DNA from: a virus
Taxonomy: Duplodnaviria > Caudoviricetes
Reading direction: 5' to 3' (one strand)
Virus record (IMG/VR): IMGVR_UViG_3300035227_000232
Span: 25,414 to 89,413 of that record
Length of the DNA stretch: 64,000 nt
This document shows, piece by piece, positions 1-8,932 of the stretch; position 1 is the first letter of the stretch; every line of letters begins with the position of its first letter. The position numbers and the translations under genes were made by a program. The notes beneath the pieces are model-generated. The model ran no database searches and was not told where the DNA came from. It worked only from the letters and a program-made list of their open reading frames with translations.

Positions 1-2
1 CC

Positions 3-515
3 GCCTTGGGGAAAGACAGAAGAATCTCCCCTTACTATATAAAAGCAGGACTAGCGTTCGGTGGCACTTGTTTCCCAAGGGATACTTGGGCATTCGATGA
101 ATTTTCTACTCAATTAGGTCTAAATGCAGTCCATGTAAAAGCAGCAGAGGAAATAAATAAGATGCAGCACGATGTTTTATATGACAAAGCAGTTGGCCTT
201 AACCGAAGTAAAATCGCTATCTTAGGATTAGGATTTAAAGCTAACACACCAGTAGTAGTAGAATCTCCAGCTATCATTTTAGCAGAAAGACTATCAAATA
301 ATGGCTATACGGTAAACTTATGTGATCCGTTAGCACTTATTGAAGCGAAGTTAACCTTAGGAAATAAGGCGAACTACTTCGACAGCATGGAAGCGTGCCT
401 TACATCCTCCGAGTGTTGCGTCATTGCAACTCCTTATCTCGGATTTAAGGATATAACAAAACTCGTCGGGGAAGATTTTCCGATCCTAGATTGCTGGGAT
501 ATTTTAAACAAATAA
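3..515 (+). CDS. UDP-glucose/GDP-mannose dehydrogenase family, C-terminal part (5' truncated by the window)
   Basis: Catalytic-Cys motif FGGTCFPRD and C-terminal IAILGLGFKANT..ESPA, both typical of the family. The frame is open to the window edge. Confidence 0.9.
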   Translation, partial: ALGKDRRISPYYIKAGLAFGGTCFPRDTWAFDEFSTQLGLNAVHVKAAEEINKMQHDVLYDKAVGLNRSKIAILGLGFKANTPVVVESPAIILAERLSNNGYTVNLCDPLALIEAKLTLGNKANYFDSMEACLTSSECCVIATPYLGFKDITKLVGEDFPILDCWDILNK

Positions 516-527
516 CTAACACATAAA

Positions 528-1496
528 ATGAGTAAAAAAATATTAGTGACCGGAGGCGGAGGATTTATCGGAGGATATTTAGTTAAAGACTTCGTAGAGA
601 AAGGGTATCAAGTCACCATAGCTGACATTAAACCATTCGATCAATGGTATCAGCTTTTCGAGGAATGCGACAACCATTCCCTTGACATGGAGGTAAAGGA
701 AAATTGCTACAAGATGATAGATGGACAAGACGAAGTCTATAACTTGGCTTGTAATATGGGTGGCATGGGGTTCATCGAAAATAATAAAGCCATGTGTATG
801 CAAGCGGTACTCGTCAATACTCATATGCTTATGGCATGTAAGGAAGTACATAACCCCAAGAAATATTTCTATTCTTCGAGTGCATGTGTATACAACGCTT
901 CGAAACAAACCAGCGTCGATCTTGTGGCCCTAAAAGAAGCAGATGCTTACCCAGCAGATGCAGAGGACGGATACGGATGGGAGAAACTATTTAGCGAAAG
1001 GATGTGTCGCCACTTTAGCGAGGACTTCGGAATCAACGCCTACATAGCTCGATTTCACAATGTGTATGGGCCACTCGGCACGTATGATGGAGGAAGAGAG
1101 AAAGCCCCTGCTGCTATCTGTCGCAAAGTAATTCAAGCCAAACTAGACGGTACGAGTGATATCGAAATCTGGGGAGACGGGGAACAAACGAGGAGCTTCA
1201 TGTATATTGATGACTGCGCTACTGGCATCAATAAGTTAATGGAGAGTGGTTGGCATGAACCTATCAACCTCGGCAGGGACGATCTAATTTCGATTAACCA
1301 TCTCGTGACCCTTGCGGAAGGCTTTGCGGGGATAAAGTTAAATAGAAATTATAAACTCGATGCCCCCTTGGGAGTGCGTGGTAGGAATAGTGATAATACC
1401 CTCATTCAAAATGTTCTCGGGTGGCAACCCAGTATTATAATGGAAGAAGGTCTCAAGAAGACATACGATTGGATATATGGGGAAATGACAAAATGA
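528..1496 (+). CDS. NAD-dependent epimerase, GDP-mannose 3,5-epimerase-like
   Basis: VTGGGGFIG Rossmann motif, NLACNMGGMGFI, YSSSACVY, AEDGYGWEK (YxxxK) and GGREKAPAAICRK, which are GME-type signatures. Confidence 0.85.
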   Translation: MSKKILVTGGGGFIGGYLVKDFVEKGYQVTIADIKPFDQWYQLFEECDNHSLDMEVKENCYKMIDGQDEVYNLACNMGGMGFIENNKAMCMQAVLVNTHMLMACKEVHNPKKYFYSSSACVYNASKQTSVDLVALKEADAYPADAEDGYGWEKLFSERMCRHFSEDFGINAYIARFHNVYGPLGTYDGGREKAPAAICRKVIQAKLDGTSDIEIWGDGEQTRSFMYIDDCATGINKLMESGWHEPINLGRDDLISINHLVTLAEGFAGIKLNRNYKLDAPLGVRGRNSDNTLIQNVLGWQPSIIMEEGLKKTYDWIYGEMTK

Positions 1497-2209
1497 ACCA
1501 GCAGCAAAAATGTGTGGTAGAATTAAGACCCTTCCCCATGTGGGGCCCACACTTGGTCGGCAAGGCTGACGAAGGCGAAGATGATTTTGTTATAGACTTT
1601 TTTAATGGAGAGAAAGGACTTACGGTCGTTGATGTCGGCGCAGCAGATGGAGTTACTGGTAGCAATTCTTTTCGATTGATTACTGAGTACGGGTGGACAG
1701 GTTTGTTAATTGAGCCTCACCCAGCATTTACTAGATATCTGAAAAAGTTATACAAAATGTTTCCCTGTAATGTTTCTATCCTCGAGGTGGCCATAGACAA
1801 AGAAGACGGAGAAAAAACTTTCCACTTCCCTCCAATGCACGCGCATGGGATGGGAACCATTTCGGAGGAATTTAGATATGAAGCACAGAAAGAATCATTT
1901 GAGTGTCCAAAAACTGGATTAAAAGGAGAAACCGCTGTGAAAACTCTTACTCTCAATAGCGTGCTGGAAAATTCTGAATTAGAGATAGACGAAATAGATT
2001 TTCTTTCCATCGACACAGAAGGACATGACTTGGTTGTGTTGGAATCTTTAGATTTCGAAAAATATTCTCCCAAAATCATCTGTATCGAACAATACATAAG
2101 CAAGGTTAAAGGAGAAGCTGAAAGGTGGACCGAAAGACTCCGCTTGAAAATGAAAAATTTAGGCTACTTTAATATAAAAAAAACGCATTCTAATCTACTC
2201 TTCTCATGA
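1493..2209 (+). CDS. FkbM-family SAM-dependent methyltransferase
   Basis: VVDVGAADGVTGSNS, GWTGLLIEP, IDFLSIDTEGHDLVVLESLDF and PKIICIE. Start placed at the ATGA overlap (1493) rather than 1421. Confidence 0.85.
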   Translation: MNQQQKCVVELRPFPMWGPHLVGKADEGEDDFVIDFFNGEKGLTVVDVGAADGVTGSNSFRLITEYGWTGLLIEPHPAFTRYLKKLYKMFPCNVSILEVAIDKEDGEKTFHFPPMHAHGMGTISEEFRYEAQKESFECPKTGLKGETAVKTLTLNSVLENSELEIDEIDFLSIDTEGHDLVVLESLDFEKYSPKIICIEQYISKVKGEAERWTERLRLKMKNLGYFNIKKTHSNLLFS

Positions 2210-3258
2210 AAAAAGTTTTGGTAACTGGAATACTGGGGCAAGACGGTGCTAATATGGCCGAGTACTTACTTGCAAAAGACGAGCCTATTAAGGTGTATGG
2301 TATGATGCGGAGAACAGCTACTCCTAATTTTATTAATGCTATTGCCTTTAAGGACCATGAAGATTTCAAATTGGTTTACGGAGACCTTGCTGACGAAGTG
2401 AGTATTAATAATTTGGTTAAGTCAATTCAACCAGACTATTTTGTAAACTTCGGAGCGAACAGCTTTGTCGGTTGCAGTTGGGACATGCCAATACAGGTTT
2501 TTGATGTAAACGCTTTAGGAGTAATAAGGTGTCTCGAAGCTATAAGAAAACACTACCCTCCTTGTAAGTTTTACAGTGCTGGGAGCAGTGAGGAAATGGG
2601 TGATGTAGAATATTCTCCTCAAGATTTGGAACACCCAATCAAACCGAGAAGTCCATACTCCGCATCGAAAGCAGCAGCACGACACATCGTTAAGGTCTAT
2701 AGAGAGTCTTATAATATGTTTGCTGTCCACGGAGTCCTGTTTAATCACGAAGGAACGAAACGCGGTGAAGAGTTTGTCACCAGAAAGATAACTAAAGGGG
2801 TTGCTAGAATCCATAAAGCCATTAAGGACGGAGAGGACTTTGACCCCATTGAGTTGGGCAACCTCGACGCAAGGAGAGATTGGAGTGACTCTGAAGACTT
2901 CGTAGATGGCGTATGGCTAATGCTGAATCAAGAGGAGCCTAAAGACTATATCTTGGCCAGCGGAGTATCCTACAGCATAAAAGATTTTGTAGAAAGAGCC
3001 TTCAAACACGCTGATCTCGCAGGAAGCTGGATTGAAAATGAAGGTGACCCATTGTCTACTAAATATGTTCTAAACCTCCATGACTACAAGGTTGCAGTGA
3101 AAGTAAACGAGGAATACTATAGGCCAGCGGAAGTATCGAGCCTCACGGGAGATGGCAGTTTAGCAGTCACTGAATTAGGATGGAGCCCGAAAGTCACATT
3201 TGACATGCTCGTAGAGAAGATGGTAAAATGGGACCTTGACGAAGAAAGAAATACATAA
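2206..3258 (+). CDS. gmd: GDP-mannose 4,6-dehydratase
   Basis: LVTGILGQDG, SSEEMG, PRSPYSASK, LFNHE, FVTRKIT, LGNLDARRDW and YYRPAEV. Confidence 0.93.
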   Translation: MKKVLVTGILGQDGANMAEYLLAKDEPIKVYGMMRRTATPNFINAIAFKDHEDFKLVYGDLADEVSINNLVKSIQPDYFVNFGANSFVGCSWDMPIQVFDVNALGVIRCLEAIRKHYPPCKFYSAGSSEEMGDVEYSPQDLEHPIKPRSPYSASKAAARHIVKVYRESYNMFAVHGVLFNHEGTKRGEEFVTRKITKGVARIHKAIKDGEDFDPIELGNLDARRDWSDSEDFVDGVWLMLNQEEPKDYILASGVSYSIKDFVERAFKHADLAGSWIENEGDPLSTKYVLNLHDYKVAVKVNEEYYRPAEVSSLTGDGSLAVTELGWSPKVTFDMLVEKMVKWDLDEERNT

Positions 3259-3631
3259 GAACTGCCTCTTCTTGATTAAGAAGTTTTGCCGAAGCCCCAC
3301 TCAACTAAGCAAGGATAATCTCTACGGCAGAGAAATCAAAACTGCCAAACAGCTTTTAGACTTGTACCCCGTCTCTTTTTGGGAAAGGCTCGGCTTGCCT
3401 TTTCAGGTTAGTAGCTTGATGTGGTTCCTTTCAAAGAAAGGGAAAGCTCTCCTTCAGATAGAAGACATGAAGACTGGGCTTAAGACTCCAGAGATAAAAG
3501 AGCATGAATTGGCTGAAGAAAATTTCGGCGAAGATGTAGAATTCGAAAAAAATACAAAACCTAAATCAATATTAGATTTTTTAAGGACAGACTATGGCGA
3601 AAGTAAAACAAGCACCGAAGAAGGAAGTTAA
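3236..3631 (+). CDS. Hypothetical protein
   Basis: 131 aa ORF overlapping both neighbours on the coding strand. No family recognised. Confidence 0.7.
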   Translation: MTKKEIHKNCLFLIKKFCRSPTQLSKDNLYGREIKTAKQLLDLYPVSFWERLGLPFQVSSLMWFLSKKGKALLQIEDMKTGLKTPEIKEHELAEENFGEDVEFEKNTKPKSILDFLRTDYGESKTSTEEGS

Positions 3632-4730
3632 TTACAGTAGTTTAATTAATTCTTTCCTGAAGGGAAGCGAATATAAAAATTATCACTTTGCGTTCGAGAA
3701 ACCAATCGACTACAAGGTCTCGACAGGGAGTCTATTATTCGACCTAGCAACAGACGGTGGGTTTGGCCCCGGCTTAATAAGATTTATTGGGCAATTTTCG
3801 GGAGGCAAAACTTCCGAGTGTCTAGAGGTAGCAAAGAATTTTCAAAAGACAGTACCCAAACCATTCGTGCTCTACATCAATGCCGAAGGAAGATTAAATC
3901 ATGAGATGCTTGAGAAATCAGGGATCGATTACAATGATGAGACTAAATTTAAAGTCTTACCGACTAACACTCTCCATGTATGTTTCGATACTATCAGAAA
4001 ATGCATAATGGAAAATATGGCCTTACCAGAAAACGAAAGGTCGCAGTTCTTGTTTGTAATTGACTCTATGGATGCTCTTTCTTCAGCAGCAGACCAAGAT
4101 AAAAATGCGAAAGAGGCAACAAGGGTTGCGGGAGGGGCGGTGGTTACCAGTCAATTCCTTAAAACGATGGGGCTCGTAATTAACATACAAGGGCATATGT
4201 GTATTTGTATTAGCCAACGTCGAGACACTATACAGGCATCTCAATATGCGCCGAGGTCTTTCAAAAGTCATAGTGGCTCTGGTGGCCACGCTTTAGACCA
4301 TCATGCTAATTGGATTTTTGAATTCGAAGGTAGATACAAGAAGGATAAGATTTTAAAGAATGAAGGAAGTGCATATGACGACGATAAGAATCCAGCAATA
4401 GGGCACTTTTGCAAAATGAGAATCAAGAAATCCCCTAATGATAAGAATGATATACTGGTTTCTTACCCGATAAGATACGGAAGAAGCGGAGACGGAAACA
4501 TCTGGGTTTCTAAAGAACTCGTAGAAATGATGGAAAAGACCGGATGGTACGAACAAAAAGGAGCTTGGATTAATTTCGCGGAAAGTATTACAGAAGAGTG
4601 TAAATCAGAAGGAATAGAATTACCCGAGAAAGTGCAAGGGCAAAAAGCTCTTTTCCAATTCATTGAAGAGAACGAGAAATTCAGGCAGTTCGCTTACAGC
4701 AGATTCAAAGAAGTGTTCTCTGGAGTTTAA
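3594..4730 (+). CDS. recA: RecA/UvsX-like recombinase
   Basis: VSTGSLLFDLATDGGF, Walker A GQFSGGKTS, YINAEG, Walker B FVIDSMDAL and SGGHALDHHA. Confidence 0.9.
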   Translation: MAKVKQAPKKEVNYSSLINSFLKGSEYKNYHFAFEKPIDYKVSTGSLLFDLATDGGFGPGLIRFIGQFSGGKTSECLEVAKNFQKTVPKPFVLYINAEGRLNHEMLEKSGIDYNDETKFKVLPTNTLHVCFDTIRKCIMENMALPENERSQFLFVIDSMDALSSAADQDKNAKEATRVAGGAVVTSQFLKTMGLVINIQGHMCICISQRRDTIQASQYAPRSFKSHSGSGGHALDHHANWIFEFEGRYKKDKILKNEGSAYDDDKNPAIGHFCKMRIKKSPNDKNDILVSYPIRYGRSGDGNIWVSKELVEMMEKTGWYEQKGAWINFAESITEECKSEGIELPEKVQGQKALFQFIEENEKFRQFAYSRFKEVFSGV

Positions 4731-4751
4731 GTATGGGAAGACTAAATTGGG

Positions 4752-5165
4752 ATGAGGCTCTTTGATATCAAGGGTAGATTAAGATTTAAAAACGTGAGCA
4801 AAAAGCTCATCAGTTGGAATAAAAAAAGTAGATCAAAATTACAAAAAAAAGTTAAAGATTTCCTCAAACCTTACTGGAAGAGCCACATTTGCTACGAAGA
4901 GTTTCCTGTATACGGAACCAGAATGTCTGTGGATTTACTAAACGCAACGAGGAAAATCGCCATAGAAGTCAACGGAGAGCAACACGAAAAATATAATAAG
5001 TTTTTCCATAAAAATCGTCTAAACTATTACTATAGTATCAAGAGAGACTTTGATAAGAAAAAATGGTTAGAAATGAACGAGTATACAGTTATTGAGATTA
5101 ATCACGATGAAATAGACCAACTTAGTGAGGAATTCTTCCTCTCTAAATTTAACATTAGACTTTAA
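4752..5165 (+). CDS. Vsr/DUF559-like PD-(D/E)XK endonuclease
   Basis: EEFPV..MSVDLL...IAIEVNGEQH and KRDFDKKKWLEMNEYTVIEI. Confidence 0.75.
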   Translation: MRLFDIKGRLRFKNVSKKLISWNKKSRSKLQKKVKDFLKPYWKSHICYEEFPVYGTRMSVDLLNATRKIAIEVNGEQHEKYNKFFHKNRLNYYYSIKRDFDKKKWLEMNEYTVIEINHDEIDQLSEEFFLSKFNIRL

Positions 5166-5170
5166 TCTCT

Positions 5171-5184
5171 GTGTAATATATAAT
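5171..5184 (+). promoter_or_regulatory. Putative phage promoter element GTGTAATATATAAT upstream of the tubulin gene
   Basis: The same GTGTAA core recurs in the intergenic DNA at 42590-42595, 43494-43499 and 43535-43540. Here it is followed by a TATAAT. Confidence 0.5.
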
Positions 5185-5206
5185 GTGAATTACGAAGAAT
5201 ACCTTA

Positions 5207-5216
5207 AAGGAGGAGG
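5207..5216 (+). promoter_or_regulatory. Shine-Dalgarno sequence for the tubulin gene
   Basis: AAGGAGGAGG ends 4 nt before the ATG at 5221. Confidence 0.65.
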
Positions 5217-5220
5217 AAAA

Positions 5221-6438
5221 ATGCCAGAAGCAGAAAGCACACCACCAGAGAACCAAACGCCAGAAGAAGAGAACGGTAAGATAGAACAAGCGGATGGTTC
5301 CATCGAAGACCTTGGGCTTGAACTACCAGATATTCCGCTTCCTATGACTGAGCCTGACAGGGCAGTCATAGAGGATGCATTTAAAGGGAAGTCAGCATTT
5401 CGTTTAGCTATCGTCGGAGTCGGCCAAGGTGGTTCTAGGATAGCTGAAGCCTTTTGGAATCTCGGGTACAGGAGGGTTTGTATTCTTAACACAGCTAAAC
5501 AAGATTTAGCCAGTGTTGATGTGCCAGAAGACAATAAACTCCTTGTCGGGGATAGTGGCGGTGCTGGAAAAGACCCTGATAAGGCTAGGGCAGTGTTCGA
5601 GCGCAATTATGAAGACATCCTTGATTTTCTCCGACGATCTTTCGAAGGAGGATTCGACAGGGTTATTGTGTGTGCTGGTGCTGGAGGAGGAACCGGAGCA
5701 GGAGGCGTCGAAGTAATAGTGAATGTCTGTCATGACTTGTGTCAATCTCTTGGAATAGAGAGAGGCTCTAGCTTCAGTTCTCAAGTAGGTGCTGTTGTTG
5801 CCCTACCTACAAGAGCAGAAGGTCAAAAAGTCCAAAGCAACGCTGAAAGTACATGCTCTTCACTCATTAGGATGAGCAAAGAAAATAAACTTTCTCCTAT
5901 GGTCCTTTTAGACAACGAAAAAATTAAACAAATTTATCCGGGGCTATCCATCAGTAAATTTTGGAAAACCGCGAATAACAGTATCGTCTCGTTGCTCCAT
6001 GTTTTCAATAGGATTAGCGCACAAGATAGTGAATTCACATCTTTTGACAGGGCAGACTTGGATACAGTCTTTGCATCAGGGATTATTACTTTCGGTGCAA
6101 CACCGATTGACCCTGAAAAAATCAATGAAACGGCCATTAGCCATGCCATCAGGGATAATTTAAGGAATAGCATATTAGCTGGAGTTGACCTTTCCACTGG
6201 GAATATCGCAGCAGCAGTTCTGATAGGCCATAAAGATTATCTTGACGAGATACCACAGGAAAGTATAGAACACGGGTTCGAACAGTTAACAAGACAGCTA
6301 GGAGAGGGCTCAACAGTACATCGAGGTATTTACCCGAGCAATCAGAAGACGTTAGCCGTGTATACAGTTATAGGTGGGTTACAGCCACCAGAAGAATTAT
6401 TTTCATACTTCTTCAAAACGGACAGACGTTATAAGTAA
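5221..6438 (+). CDS. Tubulin/FtsZ-superfamily GTPase (TubZ/CetZ/PhuZ type) with an acidic N-terminal extension
   Basis: T1 GVGQGGSRI, NTAKQDL, GAGKDP, signature loop GGGTGAG, LLDNE and T7-like SFDRAD. Start chosen from the SD site. Confidence 0.9.
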   Translation: MPEAESTPPENQTPEEENGKIEQADGSIEDLGLELPDIPLPMTEPDRAVIEDAFKGKSAFRLAIVGVGQGGSRIAEAFWNLGYRRVCILNTAKQDLASVDVPEDNKLLVGDSGGAGKDPDKARAVFERNYEDILDFLRRSFEGGFDRVIVCAGAGGGTGAGGVEVIVNVCHDLCQSLGIERGSSFSSQVGAVVALPTRAEGQKVQSNAESTCSSLIRMSKENKLSPMVLLDNEKIKQIYPGLSISKFWKTANNSIVSLLHVFNRISAQDSEFTSFDRADLDTVFASGIITFGATPIDPEKINETAISHAIRDNLRNSILAGVDLSTGNIAAAVLIGHKDYLDEIPQESIEHGFEQLTRQLGEGSTVHRGIYPSNQKTLAVYTVIGGLQPPEELFSYFFKTDRRYK

Positions 6439-6441
6439 GAG

Positions 6442-6465
6442 CCTTCTTTCCCTAGAGGAAAGAGG
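6442..6465 (+). promoter_or_regulatory. Stem-loop overlapping the dnaB ribosome-binding region
   Basis: CCT-T-CTTTCC / CTAGA loop / GGAAAG-AGG. There is no U-tract. Confidence 0.35.
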
Positions 6466-6470
6466 ATGAA

Positions 6471-8003
6471 ATGCAAGAAAGTATTAGGAACGAAATAAGT
6501 TCCATAACTAGGTCACCTGAAGTCGAACGGAATTTACTCCGTGGCCTAATCAAACACCCAGACGTATTCCCTACGGTAGATTTAGTATTGCAGGAGTGCG
6601 ACTTCTCTAGCGATGTCCACTACACTCTATACTGTATAGTAAAAGATTGTCGCCTGAACAAAGAGGAGATCGATCCAATAATGCTCGCTCACCGTGTGCA
6701 AAGTTTGGGGATCACCTTCGAAGATCAAGCTATAGACATCTTTGACTATATAGAAAACATTTGCTACAAGCACGTCTCTTCAGAAGCGACACTTCAGTAT
6801 GCCCAATCGCTCATAGACATGAGAGTGAGAAGAACTGTAATTGGTCAATGTGAAAGGGCCATTTCTTTTACTAAAAAAAGTGGCGGTATAAAATTCGATG
6901 AGTATAGGTCAGAGGTAGATAAAATCCTGTATGGAGAGATGATGGAGTTCGAGAAAGATGACGGTCCCAAAAATGTCTTTGATGGAGCCGAAGAATCAAT
7001 TGAGGAAAAAGCGAAAAAGGAAAACCAAATGGAAGACGTAGGCTTAGCTACACCGTTCGAAGAGTTCAATAATTTTTATGGAGGGCTCGAGCCCGGAAAC
7101 GTATATGGAGTTGTCGCAAGACCCGGACAAGGGAAAACGACTTTTCTTAACTACATGGCAATGTATACATCTCAAATAAACAACGTCCCTGCCCTCATGC
7201 TGGACACGGAGATGACTTACGAAGAAATTCAAGAGAGAATTGTGGCTTCTATGTCGGGAGTTCCTCTTTGGCATATTAAAACGGGTAACTGGAGAAGAAA
7301 TGAAGAGATGTCCAAAAATATTCGTGACGTTTGGGCCAAGATAAAAAACCTTAAGTATGACCATATGCACGTAGGGAATAAAGATATAGATGAACTTGTC
7401 TCAATAGCTCGTCGTTGGCATTTTTCTGAGGTCGGAAGGGATAAACCCTCCATAATATGCCTAGACTATATAAAGCTCACCGGAGAAAAAGTAGGACAAA
7501 ACTGGGCTGAGTATCAAGCGATAGGAGAAAAAGTAGATAAGATCAAAAGACTCGCTATAGAACTGAATTGCCCCATCTTTACCGCGATGCAAATGAATCG
7601 TAGTGGAGAAAGCTTCAACAGGAACTCTGGGCAAGTGACTGATGATGCATCCGTTATAGCTATCTCTGATAGATTTACTTGGTTCGCTTCTAATGTGTTT
7701 CTTTTCCGACAAAAGACAGCAGACGAGAGGGCTTTAGATGGAGAAAGGTGGGGTACTCATAAATTGATTCCAGTGAAGACAAGGATACAAGGTAAAATGG
7801 CTTATGGTCATAGCCCTTATTTGGACAGACCAATGCCTCCAGACGGAGAAAATAAACCATGCCCATTCTATCTTAATTTTGACATAGATAATTTCAGAGT
7901 TACCGAAAGGGGCTCTCTTAGGCATGTAATTGAGGAGGCTAGGGAAAACTATCAGCTAAACGATAATCAAAACAATGAAGAAAGAAGTAACGTCTCGGTA
8001 TGA
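6471..8003 (+). CDS. dnaB: DnaB-like replicative helicase
   Basis: N-terminal ERNLLRGLI, Walker A ARPGQGKTT, LDTEM, Walker B ICLDYI and AMQMNR. Confidence 0.93.
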   Translation: MQESIRNEISSITRSPEVERNLLRGLIKHPDVFPTVDLVLQECDFSSDVHYTLYCIVKDCRLNKEEIDPIMLAHRVQSLGITFEDQAIDIFDYIENICYKHVSSEATLQYAQSLIDMRVRRTVIGQCERAISFTKKSGGIKFDEYRSEVDKILYGEMMEFEKDDGPKNVFDGAEESIEEKAKKENQMEDVGLATPFEEFNNFYGGLEPGNVYGVVARPGQGKTTFLNYMAMYTSQINNVPALMLDTEMTYEEIQERIVASMSGVPLWHIKTGNWRRNEEMSKNIRDVWAKIKNLKYDHMHVGNKDIDELVSIARRWHFSEVGRDKPSIICLDYIKLTGEKVGQNWAEYQAIGEKVDKIKRLAIELNCPIFTAMQMNRSGESFNRNSGQVTDDASVIAISDRFTWFASNVFLFRQKTADERALDGERWGTHKLIPVKTRIQGKMAYGHSPYLDRPMPPDGENKPCPFYLNFDIDNFRVTERGSLRHVIEEARENYQLNDNQNNEERSNVSV

Positions 8004-8908
8004 ACGAAAGTGTCTACGAAATTTTAACTTCAATCGGTTATACCCTTACCGATAGCGGTCAAGAATATCGCACCACGCCATTATATCGTGACTCAGATAA
8101 TGAGAGCATCCTTTCCATAAGGAAAAAAGATGGGGCTTGGTTCGACTTTAAGGAACAGATAGGCGGAGACCTAGAAAAGTTAGTACAGATAACTCTTAAA
8201 TTAAGTAGCCCGGAAGACGTAAGAAAAGCCCTCGGAAATAAATACCGCTTGATAGAGAAGGCAGAAGGCCAAAAGCTCCTGCTTAAGACCCAGAAGAAAT
8301 ACCCTAAGGAGATGTTAGACCGCCTAATAAAAAGACACAAATACTGGGAACTGAAGGGGATTAGTGAAGAAACAGTTTCACTCTTCCGAGGAGGGATAGC
8401 CTATAAAGGACAAATGGCTAGCAGATACGTTTTCCCTATCTTCAATATGAGAGAAGACGTCGTCGGTTTTTGCGGAAGAGATTTGCTAAAAATTGAGAAC
8501 TCTCAAAGACCAAAATGGAAAATAATAGGCGAAAAAAAACAATGGATGCATCCCTTCTTCTTCAATCACGAGATAATAAAGGATAAAAAAGAAGTCATAA
8601 TTGTAGAGGGGATCGGAGACATGATGGCTCTCTGGGATTGCGACATTAAGAATACCTTATGCGTGTTTGGAGTAGGAGGATCGAGCGGTATCGTAAAAGC
8701 TCTCTTGAAGTGCGAGCCAGAAAGTATCATAATATCTTTAGACAACGACTCAGACTCTGGAGGAGCCGGAAATCGCGGAGCGAAAAGATTACGGAATGGG
8801 CTTTGTAAACTCTTCTCTCCTAGTAATATTAAGGTTAGGCTTCCTTCTAGGAATGACTTCGGGGACATGTCGAAGCCTGAAATAAAGGAATGGTATGCAC
8901 AAATTTAA
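8000..8908 (+). CDS. dnaG: DnaG-like primase (TOPRIM) with a Cys-less N-terminal domain
   Basis: FPIFN...VVGFCGR, PKWK, IIVEGIGDMMAL, SLDND..GAG and NDFGD. Confidence 0.88.
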   Translation: MNESVYEILTSIGYTLTDSGQEYRTTPLYRDSDNESILSIRKKDGAWFDFKEQIGGDLEKLVQITLKLSSPEDVRKALGNKYRLIEKAEGQKLLLKTQKKYPKEMLDRLIKRHKYWELKGISEETVSLFRGGIAYKGQMASRYVFPIFNMREDVVGFCGRDLLKIENSQRPKWKIIGEKKQWMHPFFFNHEIIKDKKEVIIVEGIGDMMALWDCDIKNTLCVFGVGGSSGIVKALLKCEPESIIISLDNDSDSGGAGNRGAKRLRNGLCKLFSPSNIKVRLPSRNDFGDMSKPEIKEWYAQI

Positions 8909-8932
8909 ACTTAGAAGAGTCTGGAGATAATT

